From NCBI GenBank assembly GCA_951406725.2, contig OX597820.1, positions 23,560,001 to 23,624,000 on the forward strand: a DNA stretch of 64,000 nucleotides. Reading direction: 5' to 3'. This DNA comes from Octopus vulgaris (lineage: Eukaryota). A program made the translations under genes and the position numbers. Within the stretch, counting starts at the first letter, position 1. The number at the start of each line of letters is the position of its first letter. Under the pieces are notes generated by a model. That model searched no databases. It worked only from the letters and a program-made list of their open reading frames with translations, and was not told the origin of the DNA. Shown here piece after piece: positions 61,709-64,000 of this stretch.

Positions 61709-64000
61709 ACTAAATTTTTTTTATACAAAAGTTATGAAATGGATATTGTGTTTAATATTTTCTTTTGAAAAGTTGCTTTCATAATAAAAATACAAACAAA
61801 CAAACAAAAAATCCCATATGAAAGGTGGAAACATTTTGAATTCATATTGTGCAAAAGTATTTAGTGTAAGGTCAATTTAAGTAGATGACTTCACACTTCA
61901 ACTATAAACTGATTTGAAGGTATAAATTTTCAAAAAAAAAAAGTCAACTTGTGATTTTTAAAAATATCATTATTTATTAAGTATGATAGCATCGAGATAA
62001 TCAATGTTAAACAAAATTGGCTGGTTTTTAATTAATAGAAATGACGAAAGAGAGAGAGAGAGAGAGAGAGAGACAAGAGGAGGAAGAGAAAAATGCAACA
62101 TGGCTTAATCTATTGAAAATCAGTAACTTCAGCACTGCCTCAATTTAATCCATTAAAAAAAATCAACAACATTGGTTGACTAAATTAAAATAAAATATAT
62201 TTCAGTGAAAATAATTATCATGAAAGTAAAAAGAAATTTAATACCATTATCACTGAACAACAGTCTTTCGACAAGTTACTGCTCAAAATTAAAACAGGTT
62301 AGATGTAAAAGATACACATATGAACCATCATCTAAATTATTTTGGTGCTGCTGTAGAGCAAGAAGTAAACTCTTGAGTCCATGGGTCATTTTTTAACCGA
62401 AGAACATTAACTATTCAAAGTACATTATGATTCCTGGCAGAAATACTTATCATTTACATAAGCTTACTTCAGTCAAAATCCAAGTCAGAAAAGCACAAGT
62501 TTGGACAGTGTTTCTCAAACTCAAGAGAATATGAAAATCAAACTGTTTCTTGTCCCTGTTGAGTTAGCACTCCAGTTGGCAGTAAAACTTGGACACTTAC
62601 TAAATAAGCAAAGAAAAGTTTAGATGGCTGCTATACAAGGATGTTACATTGTTACAAACGGCCCTGAATATTAAATTGTAACAGCATATGACAAATGAAC
62701 AAAAGTGACCAACAAGATCAGAGAATTTTCCAGAAGAATGTAGTATTTATTTTGGGCCACCATGTGAATTGAATAAAACTGTACTATGTACCAGCTAGCA
62801 ATGTCTTCTATTATAATTATCCCCGCCATAGATGCTTTATAGGAATATTAAAGTTGACCCAAACTACTAGATTGATACTCTATTTTATCATGCAGAAAAG
62901 GTTGAGAGGTAAAGTTCACCAGAGAGAGATTTGAACTCAGAACATAAAGGGCAATAACTAAATGCAAGAAATGTTAAATGGTAACAGCATATGGCAAATG
63001 AACATCTCTCTGGAAGCCTTCCAAAAGTGACCAACAAGATCAGAGAATGTCTCTGCAGATCAGGGCCATTGCATGCAGCACCAGAAAAAAGAAAAAGAAA
63101 CTAAACTTGTGCTCTGGGACCCACAGCATGGTACCAACAATTGTGGGAGATGACCCACCTGAAGGGAGACATAGGGTCGGATTCTATCCCCAAACTGGTG
63201 ATGATGGATTGAGATGTTTTGTGAAATGGCTTTGTCCTCAAGGTGGGAGCCAGGCCACAGTAAGTACTACATTTCTCAATAAACGTTTGGCTTTGTTCTT
63301 AAGCAATTATAAAGCTGTTGAAATTAATGTAGGAAATTTTGGAAATCAGAGAAGTTGGGGCCTTCAAGTGTTTTCCTTTGATTAATGCCAATTAGCAGCT
63401 TCTCATGTAAAAGGAATAAATTAGATAGTAACAACAGAAAACAAAATTCAATATTTGGTGACATTTTAAAGCTTTTTATATTTATATTCATACAATTAAC
63501 AATATTCTAAAACAAAGATTAAATATATCTACAACTTTAAACTAAGTAAATCACTGCCATTTATCTACCATATATTACCCTGCTCCACTGTTACTTCACA
63601 TTTAATCATAAAAATAATACTTAAATGGCAAGACTACAAGTGAAAAAACCCAAGTGTTCTAAGAACCATCCTTTCAGATGATGTGGCTAAAACACTACAT
63701 CAATACACACATGTTCAAAAGCTCTTTTTTAATGGTTTTGTCTTGAGAGAGTGATCATGTGCATGGACTTTGCTGGCTCTCCAAGACTAGTGAAAAGTTC
63801 AATGACATCACAAAAGTGATGAGCTTGAATAATTGCAGAAAACATGACCGATGAGGGGGAATTCCAGGGGACTGATGTTCTGTGGAGGAAGGACTGGAAA
63901 AGTGATTAATGAAAGGTTTAGGAGGCATATAATATGGATGATAAGGGAAGGAGAGATGAAGGAATTGGGTAGACCTGAGTGAAGATGATAAAAGACCAGA

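Overview
AT-rich, repeat-dense metazoan genomic DNA. The tRNA-derived SINE families and microsatellite load look like an octopod (Octopus-type) genome; this is inferred from recalled repeat types, not searched. Almost all listed ORFs are spurious read-throughs of repeats. Two real genes converge tail-to-tail. (1) A terminal coding exon on + (14-135) ending IRIGLSRNQKVKSLHP, which matches the RAD51AP1 C-terminal RAD51-binding motif. (2) A TMEM263 (C12orf23/UPF0444) homologue on -, with phase-compatible exons at 41498-41591 and 21140-21345 across a ~20 kb intron; its start exon is not located with confidence. The rest is SINEs (at least four families), RTE/CR1 LINE fossils, mariner/pogo/hAT/piggyBac-type MITEs, a Helitron and Penelope-type remnants. 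Main leads: a decayed tRNA-Phe(GAA)-5S rRNA tandem with a 26-nt terminator-free spacer; a candidate 18-nt frame-preserving microexon in TMEM263; minimal type I hammerhead motifs; a SINE that appears to move as a pre-formed multimer; and several ~220-bp fold-back palindromes.
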